A stretch of 64,000 nt of DNA from Hypanus sabinus (lineage: Eukaryota): positions 27,156,001-27,220,000 of the forward strand of contig NC_082722.1 of assembly GCF_030144855.1 (NCBI RefSeq). The letters run 5' to 3'. This document shows positions 1 to 10,019 of this stretch, in pieces. How positions within the stretch are numbered: the first letter of the stretch is position 1; each line of letters begins with the position of its first letter. The translations under genes and the position numbers were made by a program. The notes below the pieces were generated by a model. That model did no database searches, had not been told where the DNA came from, and worked only from the letters and a program-made list of their open reading frames with translations.

Positions 1-590
1 ACGAATTAAAAGGTGATAGATGAAGCCAGGTTGAGGGGTTTTGGGGAGAGGGGAGAAGAGGAGCGTGTGCAGTTAGGCGGTGGGATGAAGTAAGAGGCTG
101 GGAGGTGAGAGGTTGAAAACGCTAAGACCTGGAGAATAAGGAATCTAATAGGAGAGGAGCGTAGACTACGCGCGAACGGGAAGGAAGTGGGACGGATGTG
201 GAAGTTGTAGGCAGGAGAGCAGTGGAGGGAAGAGGACAGAGGTGGGATCAGAAGAGAGACGTGGGAAGGAAAAATACTTGAATGAAAAGTCGATGTTCAT
301 GTCGTCAGGTTTGAGGCTACCTAGACTGAATCCGAGGTGTTGCTCGCCCTCCCTGAGAATAGCCTCATGAAAGAGTAAGATGAGCACCTAAATCGCCATG
401 TCGGAACGTGAATGGATAAGAATAAGAATAATTGGCCACTCGCAAATTCCGCATTTTGGGATGAACTGGAAGTGCTTGAAAAAGTGGTCCCCAGTTTACC
501 TCGAATCTCATCAATGTAGAAGAGGCCGCATTGGTAGCTCTGGCTACAGTAGATTGCCCTAGTGTTTCGCAGGTGAAGTGTTGCCTCACT
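1..590 (-). mobile_element. Penelope-like retroelement fragment (GIY-YIG C-terminus and 3' region)
   Basis: ORF 166-387 contains EGEQHLGFSLGSLKPDDMNIDFS, matching the PLE endonuclease tail EEQHLIFRLGxLQPxGxNIxFS; paralogous to 29140-29680. Confidence 0.8.
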
Positions 591-792
591 GTTCGTGCCC
601 CTGAATGGAGGTGATAAAACTATAATTTCTAAGTTGTCTTCATTCCATCTGGATTCACATTGTTTGATTCGAAACAAACTGATGTCTTCTCCCATCTTAG
701 TACAGGTTTGACAACACTTCAAAGTTATTTACATAGATATGTCAGTCTAGAACCTAGCTCGGTTCTGAAATTAAATGCACAAATGATATCCT

Positions 793-1299
793 TTTATTCA
801 TAGTACGGCCACTCTGTACGACCTGACGTCTGTATCCGACGGCATTTCATTATTTTCTGCCTTAATTGGAAATAAACCGCAATCATTCTCCAAATAGTTT
901 CTCATGATTTCTTCAAGCTTGGAAGGCTGTCAGCAATCGATACGTTTAAAACTTAAAACTCTGTTTTATTTAACATTGTGATAAAGCTTCTCATTTTTCT
1001 CTTTCCAGAGTGCACACGCCATAGAATCGAAGCACTGATATTGCAGAAATACATTAGAAACATTCAGTTGCGAGGAAGAGGCTTTGAAGTCACTTTATTA
1101 AAAAATAATCAATTTCCGTAACCTAAACTTGGAGCTGTAAGAGAAGCCAACAGACCTCTAATCGATTTCTGAGACACAAGTAAATTTTAACCAGAAAGGC
1201 TTTCTATTATATCATCAGCGGGCCCGTTAGTGCATTTCTATTCCCTGCTATTTGTAATTTCCCGTGAACCTGCACGAGGCGTTTGCTGTAGATCTTCAG
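793..1299 (-). other. Candidate orphan 3' end of a gene: 30-nt exon 1270-1299, terminal exon from 1134 (stop 1109-1111), AATAAA at 793-798
   Basis: Acceptors gttttctttcag and ggcttctcttacag; phase 1-1 then 1; xEDLQQTPRAAPSLGYGN*. The first donor (gttcac) is weak. A paralogous copy lies at 29865-30373. Confidence 0.4.
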
Positions 1300-1356
1300 C
1301 TGAAAGAAAACATTGAATCCTGGAGTGCATCACGGCAGAGGGCTGGTCCACCAGTT

Positions 1357-3233
1357 TCATTCGGCTCATCGAGTCTACTCCGCCTTACAATCGTGGACTG
1401 ATGCAATTCTTCTAGTCACCCGCACTCCCCTGACTTCTCGCCATACCCTTTGATTCCCCGGCTCATCATTAACCTCTCTATCTCTGGCCTACGTACACCG
1501 GATCACAAAGAGTCCACAGCTGTTCGTGATAACAAAATGCACAGATATACCACCCTCTGACTGAACTAATTTCCCCACATCTCATTTCGAAATGGATGTC
1601 CTTCAATACTGAAGTCTTCCCCTCTTGTACTAGATTCCCCCAGCATGAGAAATAACATTCCAGTATCTGATCTGTCCAAGCCTTTTAACATTCGGAATGT
1701 TTCTGTGAAACGCCGCCCCCCGCTCCCCGTCATTCTCCTGAACTCCAGGGAATACAGCTCAAGACCTTTCAGACGTTCCTCATGCAGTAACCCTTTCATT
1801 CCTGGAATCATTCTTGTGAATCTTCCGTGCACTATCGCCAATGTCAATCTAGCCTTTCTAAAATATGGAGTCTAAAATTGCAATCCCTCCAGCAACTTCC
1901 TTCAGGACCTAAGGGTGCATTCTGTCAGGTCCAGAAGATTTATCCACTTTCTGCCCTTTAAACTTCCCGAGCACCTTCTTAGTCGTAACTTGCACTGCGT
2001 AGATTTCACTTCCATGACACTCTTGAATGTCCGGTATTCTGCAGCCGTCTTCCACTGTGAAGAATGATGAAAAATACGCATGCAGTTCCTCTGCCATCTC
2101 TACATCTCCCACTATAATCTCTCCAGCGTTAGGTTGCATTGGTCCCATATCTACCCTCGACTCTCGTTTCCCCTTTAAATACACACGCTTGCACATATAA
2201 AAAAAAACTTTTAGTATCTTCTTGGATATTAGTCACTAGCTTTCTTTAACAATTCATCTTTTCCTTCCTAATAACCTTCTTAATTTCCTTCTGCAAGTTT
2301 TCAGAAGCTTTCCAATCCACTATCTTCCCAGTAGCTCTGACGTCCTTGCATGCCCTGTCTTTCGCTTTTGCTTTGGCTCTGGCTTCACCTGACAGCCACA
2401 GTAGTGTCCTTCGGCCCTTTGAAATTTTCTTCTTATTTGGAATGTATCTGCCTTGTAATTCCCTCATATGTTTTCTTGGCAGAGACTCCAGCCATTGCTG
2501 ATCTGCTCTCCTTCCTGCAAGTGTCACTTTCCAGTCAACATCGACAAAGTCCCCTCTCATGCCATTGAAATTTCCTTTCTTACACTGAAATCCTCACACA
2601 TTGGATTCTATGTTTTCCCTTTCAGATTTTAATGTGAACTCGATCATGTTGAGATCTCTGCTTCCGAAGGGTTACTAGGACGTGAGGATCCCAATGGCCG
2701 CCACCGTTCAGCCAAGGTTCAGCGATGAACGCAAAGTCATATTTGCCAATCTGTAGCTGAATTTCAAATCCGTCCATTTCAATCTTTATGTTGGGTGCAC
2801 TTAAATATAACACTTTCAGTCCAGTATTTGTTGTTTTCTGGTTTAACTAGACCACGCCCGTATTGCCCTGTAACTGATGCAAATGGCTGTGATTAAGACT
2901 CATCTCCTCCCTGTTTATTTTGCTCTCTATAAACTCTTTTGCACTCTATCTTTCATTTATGTCTGTTCTCCCCTTCCTCGAAACTCGACCCCTCGAACAC
3001 TCCGGTACCCATCCCCCCGTCAAATTAGTTTAAACAAATCCCTAACGGATGTATTAAATGTGCCTGCTAGGATATTGGACCCCCTTGGGTTCAGGTGCAT
3101 CTGACGTTCAATTACAGGTCGTAACTCCCCGAGAAGCAGCCCCAATGATCCAGGAATCTGAAGCCCTGCCCCCTACAGCTGTCTCTCAGCCATACATCAA
3201 TGCACCTCATAATGCTCGTTTTGAACTCGCTGG
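1357..3233 (-). mobile_element. CR1 LINE, 3' part (RT C-terminus, internal deletion, endonuclease), interrupted by the ERV
   Basis: RFTRMIPGMKGLLHEERL..LYSLEFRR (1566-1847), KVDKSSGPDRMHP (1909-2196), YDFAFIAEPWL (2622-2813); continues at 9337. Confidence 0.9.
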
Positions 3234-3880
3234 AGTCGTGGTTTTTCGTGCCTCACACATGACCAGGAGACGCAGAACATTCTTCAAGAAGGGTTAAATC
3301 TTAATTTGCAAATCAAAGCTGAGACAGTCATTGAGCTACTCGCTGATTGCCCACCGATCTTTGGACACATCATTTTTTATAGCAATCTCTTGGTCCAGTT
3401 GCTATCGTTGCATATCACACGTACCACACGTACATCTTGTCCCTATTGTTTCTACCCATTGACTTAATCATGTTCTAATCTACATCGCTTAGCTACCTCT
3501 CACTTACACACCATTGTCTTTCTTATTAAGATTCTTAAGATTCTTATTACATTCATAAGATTTCATTCACTAGCAAATAGCAAGTTTACATTCTTAATAC
3601 TTCGTGACTTAATCATGTCTGATCTTCATCTCTTAGTTTCCTTTCATTAACACACCATTGTCTTCCACATTCTTAATAATTCATTCTCCTGCTAAATAGG
3701 GTACTTGCATAGCAAATAGCAAACTCAGAGCTGACCAATGTTCTAATCTATGTCTCTTTAGCTATCTTTAACACACCATTGTCTTCTGCATTCCTAGGAT
3801 TTCATTTTGGATACATGCAGAGCAAGCTGACTACATAGTTTTGGTTGCACAGCAAATAATGCAACTTTTATACTCCAATA
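3234..3880 (-). repeat. ERV 3' LTR (~647 bp)
   Basis: Direct repeat of 8716-9336 (about 90% identity by eye); preceded on the element strand by the PPT AAAGGGGGAC (3883-3892). Confidence 0.92.
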
Positions 3881-4217
3881 AAGTCCCCCTTTGAAACGCA
3901 GAGGGACTCACACAGAGAAAGAAGACTAAGAGTCCGCACACAAAAGCCCCAATACATTCAAGCACTCATTCCCAAATCTCGGGTTAAACTATAATTCTCT
4001 GTGCCAAGACCTCAAAGTATTCTCTCCCTGTTACCTTGGGCCGCTGAGCCAAAAACCTGTCCCTTTGTACCTGAGACAGGGGAAAAAAAAAAACTCCGAA
4101 GCCCTGATAATCTACTCCCACACTGTCGTTTAGCTCTTGTTCAGGTGTTCAACACATGTTCAACTCCTGCATGTGTTGTAGGCTGTAACGATACATTTTC
4201 GGTGTTTATTTCTCCAC

Positions 4218-4670
4218 TCAGCTTGCTTCAGTAATTGCCACGAGCATCGGAAATTGTTTGGTTGCAGCACGCACTGCAAGAGACTTGAGACAAGGAAGAA
4301 AACAGCACAGCACAAGCGCACAGCTCAACAATACAATACTGACAGTTATTGCTATTTTAGTCTGCCACGCTCCCCATCCTCCGAGTCTAGTTTCTAATCA
4401 ATCAAAAAACTGATGCCCGAACCCTGCATTCTGTTTGACCTCCGTTCGCAGATTCTTTAATTTATTAATTGCTCTGGTGAAAGACCCTTCTGGGCTAGTA
4501 TTGTTCGGTATGAAAGTGCAGCATTGTTTTCCAAACATTTCACACACACACCTTTTTTTCTGCCAAAAGCCAATCCAGTACCTGTCTGTTTTGTTACGCC
4601 ATCCTACTAGTTGCATCTAGCTGTTGCCCTAAGGCCTCTAGTGCATCATCGGTGTAGCTGATGAATCTCT
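4218..4670 (-). pseudogene. env: ERV env TM-subunit remnant
   Basis: RFISYTDDALEALGQQLDATSRMA*QNRQVLDWLLAEK (immunosuppressive-domain-like), CEMFGKQCCTFIPNNT (CX6CC) and membrane anchor IAITVSIVLLSCALVLCCFLPCL; has stops and frameshifts. Confidence 0.88.
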
Positions 4671-4671
4671 A

Positions 4672-5377
4672 GCAAGTACAAACAGATACTGACACTGATC
4701 GGCTAGAGGAATGCTGAAGAGAACCGAACACAAATCAATCACTGAAAAGTAACTTGCTTCTGGTGGAACATCAGTCAAAAGCGTGTGTGGGTTGGCGACT
4801 ACCTCTAGCCAGTCCTCTACCACATCATTTACCGCTCGCAAATCATGCACCACTTAGATTTATCTGCTTTTAAGACCAGCAGCAACTGGGTATTGCATGG
4901 ACTGTTTGTTCTTTTAAGCACCCCTATTTCAAGCAACCTCTGCACTGTCGATGCTAATCCCTCTTCTGCTTCTTGTCTTAGAGGGTATTGTGGTCTCCTA
5001 GGTGGAATTGCTCCCCCTGTCAGCCTTATTTCCACCGGACTAGCTGTTTTTATTTTCCCTACGTCCGTGTCATGCAGGGACCACAGAATAGACGGCAACT
5101 CATCTAAACTTTTATCTTTCTGCTGGCCTCTTTCCTTTCCCAGCAAGGGCAGGTGTGGTTGCGGAGTTATTTCGACCTCTCTCACTGTCCCTACCATATA
5201 CCAACAATGTTACGTGGGGTGCAGCCTCCGGTATCCTGTACCATTTTTCTAAAAAGGTGTTCCACTTAACTTGTAAAGCTGCCCCTTGCTTTCCAATTAT
5301 CATAGCCTCCCCTTTCAGGTGCTGTTGGGTATATACCTTCAGTCTGAGTCTCGTAAAAAATCACTGTACAATGTAGC
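4672..5377 (-). pseudogene. pol: ERV reverse transcriptase N-terminal half, truncated
   Basis: PRRPQYPLRQEAEEG...SPCNTQLLLVLKADKSKW, MVHDLRAVN, YFSVIDLCSVLFSIPL..QCQYLF. Ends before the LPQG/YxDD motifs; no RNase H or integrase. Confidence 0.9.
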
Positions 5378-5908
5378 TCAGATTTGGGCATTACAGCCCT
5401 GGGTAATATAGCCTGCACGCCCTTTTTCCATTTCTCCCAGGTTCCCAGAATCTGATCTGCGATGTCTCCTTATCCAAAAGACATTAGCCTTCTTGTCTTC
5501 TCGCACTCTCAATTGAGCCCCTGTTCTTTCCACACTCAGCACATTTCTGGTGCATTCTAATTTTAAATCCAGATTCAATAAGGCATCTCTGCCTAACAAA
5601 TTAATCGGTGTTCCTTTAAATACTAGCACCGGCAAAAAAAAACTTCCTTTATTTCCCATTCTCAAGCGCACTGGAGCCGTGCTCTGTGTCAACTGTGTTT
5701 TCCCCGAGAACCCTACCGTCTTAATAAACTTTCCTGACATGGGAAGGTGAAGGGCAGACTGTGGCTGTACACAAGTGTACGTGGCTCCAGTGTCTATCAT
5801 CATTGATGTCAGTTGCCCTTCTAACATAACCTGAACAATGGGTTCCTCGTCTGCCTCCCTTGTTATCATTGGATAATGTCCCTTCCCACTCAAGTTCTCG
5901 GGGCACCT
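5378..5908 (-). CDS. pro: ERV aspartic protease, in frame after the gag amber stop
   Basis: MMIDTGATYTCV active site and PINLLGRDALL; junction GCG AGG TAT TAG AGG TGC stays in frame. Confidence 0.9.
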   Translation of the reverse strand, partial: RCPENLSGKGHYPMITREADEEPIVQVMLEGQLTSMMIDTGATYTCVQPQSALHLPMSGKFIKTVGFSGKTQLTQSTAPVRLRMGNKGSFFLPVLVFKGTPINLLGRDALLNLDLKLECTRNVLSVERTGAQLRVREDKKANVFWIRRHRRSDSGNLGEMEKGRAGYITQGCNAQI

Positions 5909-8051
5909 CTAATACCTCGCATAGGGATTCACAGGTCCGCTTGGGCCTGTGGGGGCTGGTCCTTGGCTAAACTTTAGTTCCCTTCTTATCGGTTTCTGCC
6001 GGTGTGTAACAGACCATAGTGTAAATGGACAATATTTTCTCATGTGACATGGCTGATTACATTCCCAGCACAATCTCTCTACCTCTCTTTCCCCCTGTTT
6101 CCTCACTGGTCCCCTCTGCCCATAGCTTCTCTCTCCCCCTCCTTGGGACTTCCAGTCCTGTCTGGGCTGTTTGAATTTAGTCTGTTCCTGATAGGGCATC
6201 TGTGGGAATGCTCCTCCAAAGACGATTATTGGCATGGGGTTTTCCTGCCCTTGTCTTACAGTATGATCGGTCCCTCCATATAGCAGTGCTTTGTCCAGTT
6301 CGATGGCTGTACACGGACCGGTGATTGCTGGCAGCATCTTTTTGTTTTTCTCTTTTTCTTTCTTTTTGAACTATTCGAGCTGCATTTGTATTAACTTCCT
6401 TTGCATCTCTTCCTGCTGCTCAGCCAACCTTTGTTTGTCTTTCAGGTATTTCTCAACCGCATAGACTACGTAGTCTCTAAATTTTTGTGGGGTGTTTGAC
6501 GTTAGCCCAACCACTTCCACCAGTTTGGATTTTACTTGTGGATGCATTGCATCCAAAATGCTATGTCGGAACAGTGCGGTCATAAATAAGCTATTCTCCA
6601 CCTCGTGCTCAGTCTCCAGTCTCCACCTTTTCAACTGATTTTTTACGTAGGCTGCTGGGTTTTCAGTGTCACCCAGTGGATCCCCCTTTAAGGCTTTGGG
6701 GTCCACTTTGGGTGGATAAAGCTTTCTGAGGGCCTGCCATACCCTCTGTCTCACTCTGTCAAACCCGTCTCCATCAGTTCTTGGGTCGTTCGAGTTTACT
6801 ATGCCAACTATTTCCATTAGGTTTTTTAAATTTGGAGGTTCCCATCAACCTTATCAATAGTGCCTTCAAATCTCCCATAGCCAATAATCGTCCCGCCGTT
6901 TCTTCTTCCATGGCTCTAATCCATTTCCCTGCTCCTTCATGCAGATTGGGCAGAGTGTTTTTCAGCCCTTCTAGGTCCTGGGATCCCCAAGGGATACACT
7001 GCACTTGTCCTGATCCTTTTACTAACAACGGCATCATTCTTCCTCCTTCTTCCCACCAGCCCTGGCTCTGCTCCTCACCTGACTCCCCATCTGTCTCAGG
7101 GTATGTCTGCCTCCCACACAAATGTCTCCGGGGTTCTCTTCTTCCCTCGGTGTCCTTGTGGATTCCTTACTTTCTGTCTTGATTCAATACCTCGTTGGCC
7201 CCTGGAGTATTTTTCGCATCTCTTCTGGGAATCCCCTCTCAGCAACTTATCTGGCTTTCTCTCTACTTCCGCAAGTCGCTCCCCTACTGCCTCCTACCTC
7301 TTCCCCACAAATTCTCACATCCTCCCTCTCTCCACTTAACTCTTGCTCCTGCAATGAGTCACCTTCTTTTCTAGTCTGTTTATTTCTATGGTATAAGCGA
7401 TACTCCTCATATTCCTTTTCCTCTCTCAAGTATTTATTCCGTTCAATCCCATCTTCCATTTTTCTCCGTGCCTGTTCCACCTTTATCCTTTCTGCCTGTA
7501 TCTACTTCCATATCGCCGCTTTTTCCTTCTCGTATTGTTTTTTTTTCTTCCTCATTATCCCAAACTTGTACTTCTCCCTGCATGTTTACTGTCCCCGTCA
7601 GCAGGGGGCATTGCTTAGGGGTTGCTCCTCATTATAGGGAGGGGTTTTTCTGTTTCTTTCGCATCCGGGTACAGAGCCGTACCCAGCTTCTCACCGTACC
7701 CTACTCTCTCTCTACCAGGCTGTTTTTCCAGCACCTGAGTGTCTTCCTCGCTTGTAATTAATATTCTACCTGTCCTCCTCAGCCTTTCCCCCTCCATTCT
7801 GAAGAGCTCTAGCACTTCCATTTCTCGTTCTCTTTTTTGCCCTCTTTTCTTAGATTTATCTTTTGGTTTGTAATTTTTAATTAGTCCTTCCATTTCTTCG
7901 CACAAACTTACATCAAACGTCCCTTCTTTTGGCCACTTTGTGACCAGGTTATTGGTACTTTTTTCGAATTTTTCTGAAGTTTTTGTGATTTCATATTTAA
8001 TTAACGGGAATTTTTGCTCAGAATCTCTACTGCCGTTCTTTTACCTGTCAT
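5909..8051 (-). pseudogene. gag: ERV gag, frameshifted
   Basis: Starts MTGKRTAVEILSK at 8051. Fragments KWPKEGTFDVSLCEEME, PWGSQDLEGLKNTLPNLHEGAGKWI, capsid-like ORF 6371-6817 and a single zinc knuckle CWECNQPCHMRKYC; ends in TAG at 5909-5911. Confidence 0.85.
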
Positions 8052-8693
8052 GTCATTCTCTCTTTTTAAGATATTTCAGAGATTCGCAGTTCGTTCACTG
8101 GATAATATTATCTACTCTAATTCTATGCCTAGTCTATCATCTATCTACCAGCGATTTAGACTATATAATGGACTGTCCTTGTTTCCTATTCTGTTCTGCC
8201 CGTGCAGACCTATATTCAGATCGGTACCCACAGAACTTGCTCTTTGCACTTGTTCTGATCAGACCCTTATCTCTTAAGGCGGAATCCACGAGGATTTTCT
8301 CTATTTTCCTTCCCCTGCCCGTTCAGCCCTTCGTTTCATACGAAGCGGAACCCACAGGGATTTACCAACACCACGTGGACTTTTTCTTAACATAACTTAT
8401 TAACTTATTTGTACTTACCCTCACTGCAGTGTTCTTGATCAATCCTCTGAGCCTCCTCTGTTAACCCCCAATTCTGCCAGATTCTTTGGACCGGAGAGTA
8501 ACTTCGGCAGTGATTCCACACTTCTGAGACTGCTAGACCTCACCAAAGCCAACAGAATTCTTAGTCCAACTTGTCGCAAAAAGCTCTTACCTTTTGTTTG
8601 GGTGCACCCTTTATTCTGTTAGCCTTGTGGGGCTCCCTAGAGGACTGGGAAGCGTCCCCAATCTGCCGTTTCCTTTCCGCGGATCGCTTTCCG

Positions 8694-8711
8694 GACCTGC
8701 CGCGGTCGCCA
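8694..8711 (-). promoter_or_regulatory. Primer-binding site, tRNA-Arg(TCG)-type
   Basis: Element strand TGGCGACCGCGGCAGGTC. The plus strand GACCTGCCGCGGTCGCCA matches the 3' end of vertebrate tRNA-Arg-TCG (GTCCTGCCGCGGTCG-CCA, recalled, not searched) at 17/18. Confidence 0.8.
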
Positions 8712-8715
8712 ATTT

Positions 8716-9336
8716 TGTCGTGGTTTCTCGTGCCTCACAAATGATTAGGAGACGCATAAGATTCTTCCAGAAGGGTTGACCTTTAATTTGCAAATCAAAG
8801 CTGAGACAGTCATTGAGCTAGTCGCTGATTGCCCACCGATCTATGGACACAGCATTTTTATAGCAATCTCCTGGTCCATTTTCTATAGTTGCGCATCACA
8901 CGTACCACACGTACATCTTGTCCCTATTGTTTCTACCCATTGACTTAATCGTGTTCTAATCTACATTGCTTAGCTACCTCTCATTAGCACAACATTTTCT
9001 TTTACATTCCTATGATTTTATTCTCTGGCAAATAGCAAGTTTACATTCTTAATACTTTGTGACTTAATCGTGTTCTAATCTACATCTCTTAGCTACCTTT
9101 CATTAACACACTGTTGTCTTCTACATTCTTAATATTTCATTCTCCTGCTAAATTGGGTACATGCATAGCAAATAGCAAACCCAGAACTGACCAATGTTCT
9201 CATCTACATTTCTTTAGCTACCTTTAACACACCATTGTCTTCTACATTCCTAGGATTTAATTTTGGATACATGCATAGCAAGCTGACTACATAGTTTTGG
9301 TTACACAGTAAATAATGCAACTTTTATACTCCAATA
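8716..9336 (-). repeat. ERV 5' LTR (~621 bp)
   Basis: Plus strand TGTCGTGG...CCAATA; followed on the element strand by a 4-nt spacer and the PBS. Confidence 0.92.
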
Positions 9337-9990
9337 CTAGCGGTGGCACAGGAACAGATACTGAGTTTAGTACCCTAGAGGTCCTGCTTTTCAGCATCCG
9401 TCCTCAATCTCTGAATTCTCTCTTCAGGACCTTCTCCCTTTTTCTACCTTTGTCATTCGTACCAACGTGTACCAGGACATCTGGCTGTTTACCCTCCCCC
9501 TTCACAATACTCTGCACCCGATCCGAGACACACCGTACCCTGGCATCTGGGAGGCAGCACACCATGCAGGTAGCCTTATCTGTCTGACAGAACCTCCTGT
9601 CTGTTCCCCGCACTATGGAATACACTTTGATTATTGCATTCCTCATCTTCCTCTTTCCCTTCGGTACCACGGAATCAGGCAGAGTGCCACAGACCCAATC
9701 GCTGTGGTTGTCCTCTGTCACGTCATCCCCCTACCAACATGCACTCAATTCCTTAAAAACTGCAAAGAAAACCCAGAATCGAAGTCCACCTACCCTCTGA
9801 CCTCGCCGAATCCTCAATCTACCAAAGCTTCTCGTTTCTACTCTCACCACTCACCTCCTCCCGACAATGACCGCTCCGCTTAACCATTCTGTACTTTCAT
9901 TTCGTTCGTCGAGCTCAGTTGCCACCGCTGATAGGCCCCGCACAAAAGACTAACCCCCGCGAAGTTTTCCTTTTAAATAACTTAGATATC
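9337..9990 (-). mobile_element. CR1 LINE 5' part (ORF1 SGNH-esterase-like region), continuation of 1357-3233
   Basis: ORF 9404-9721 ...VLVHVGTNDKGRKREKVLKREFRD; collinear with 37030-37860. Confidence 0.88.
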
Positions 9991-10019
9991 AGTTACGTCT
10001 TTAAACAGGAAATTGATTT

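Larger units (their letters stand above)
3234..9336 (-). mobile_element. Class I (epsilon/gamma-like) endogenous retrovirus, internally deleted, 6.1 kb
   Basis: Two homologous LTRs, PBS, PPT, gag (CCHC), protease (DTGA), RT N-half and env TM. 4-bp TSD CTGG (3230-3233)/CTAG (9337-9340) inside a CR1 whose empty-site sequence is seen at about 37025-37045. Confidence 0.93.

Noticed and set aside
990-1120. Strong plus-strand acceptor (tttttctctttccag) followed by CTRHRIE..IRNIQLRGRGFEVT, also in copy B
   Set aside because: No upstream plus-strand exons found. Conservation is no higher than the surrounding duplicated DNA, and it overlaps the putative minus-strand 3' UTR.
6044-8395. Plus-strand ORFs of 79-171 aa
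   Set aside because: Antisense shadows of the purine-rich gag; Ser/Leu/Phe-rich with no motifs.
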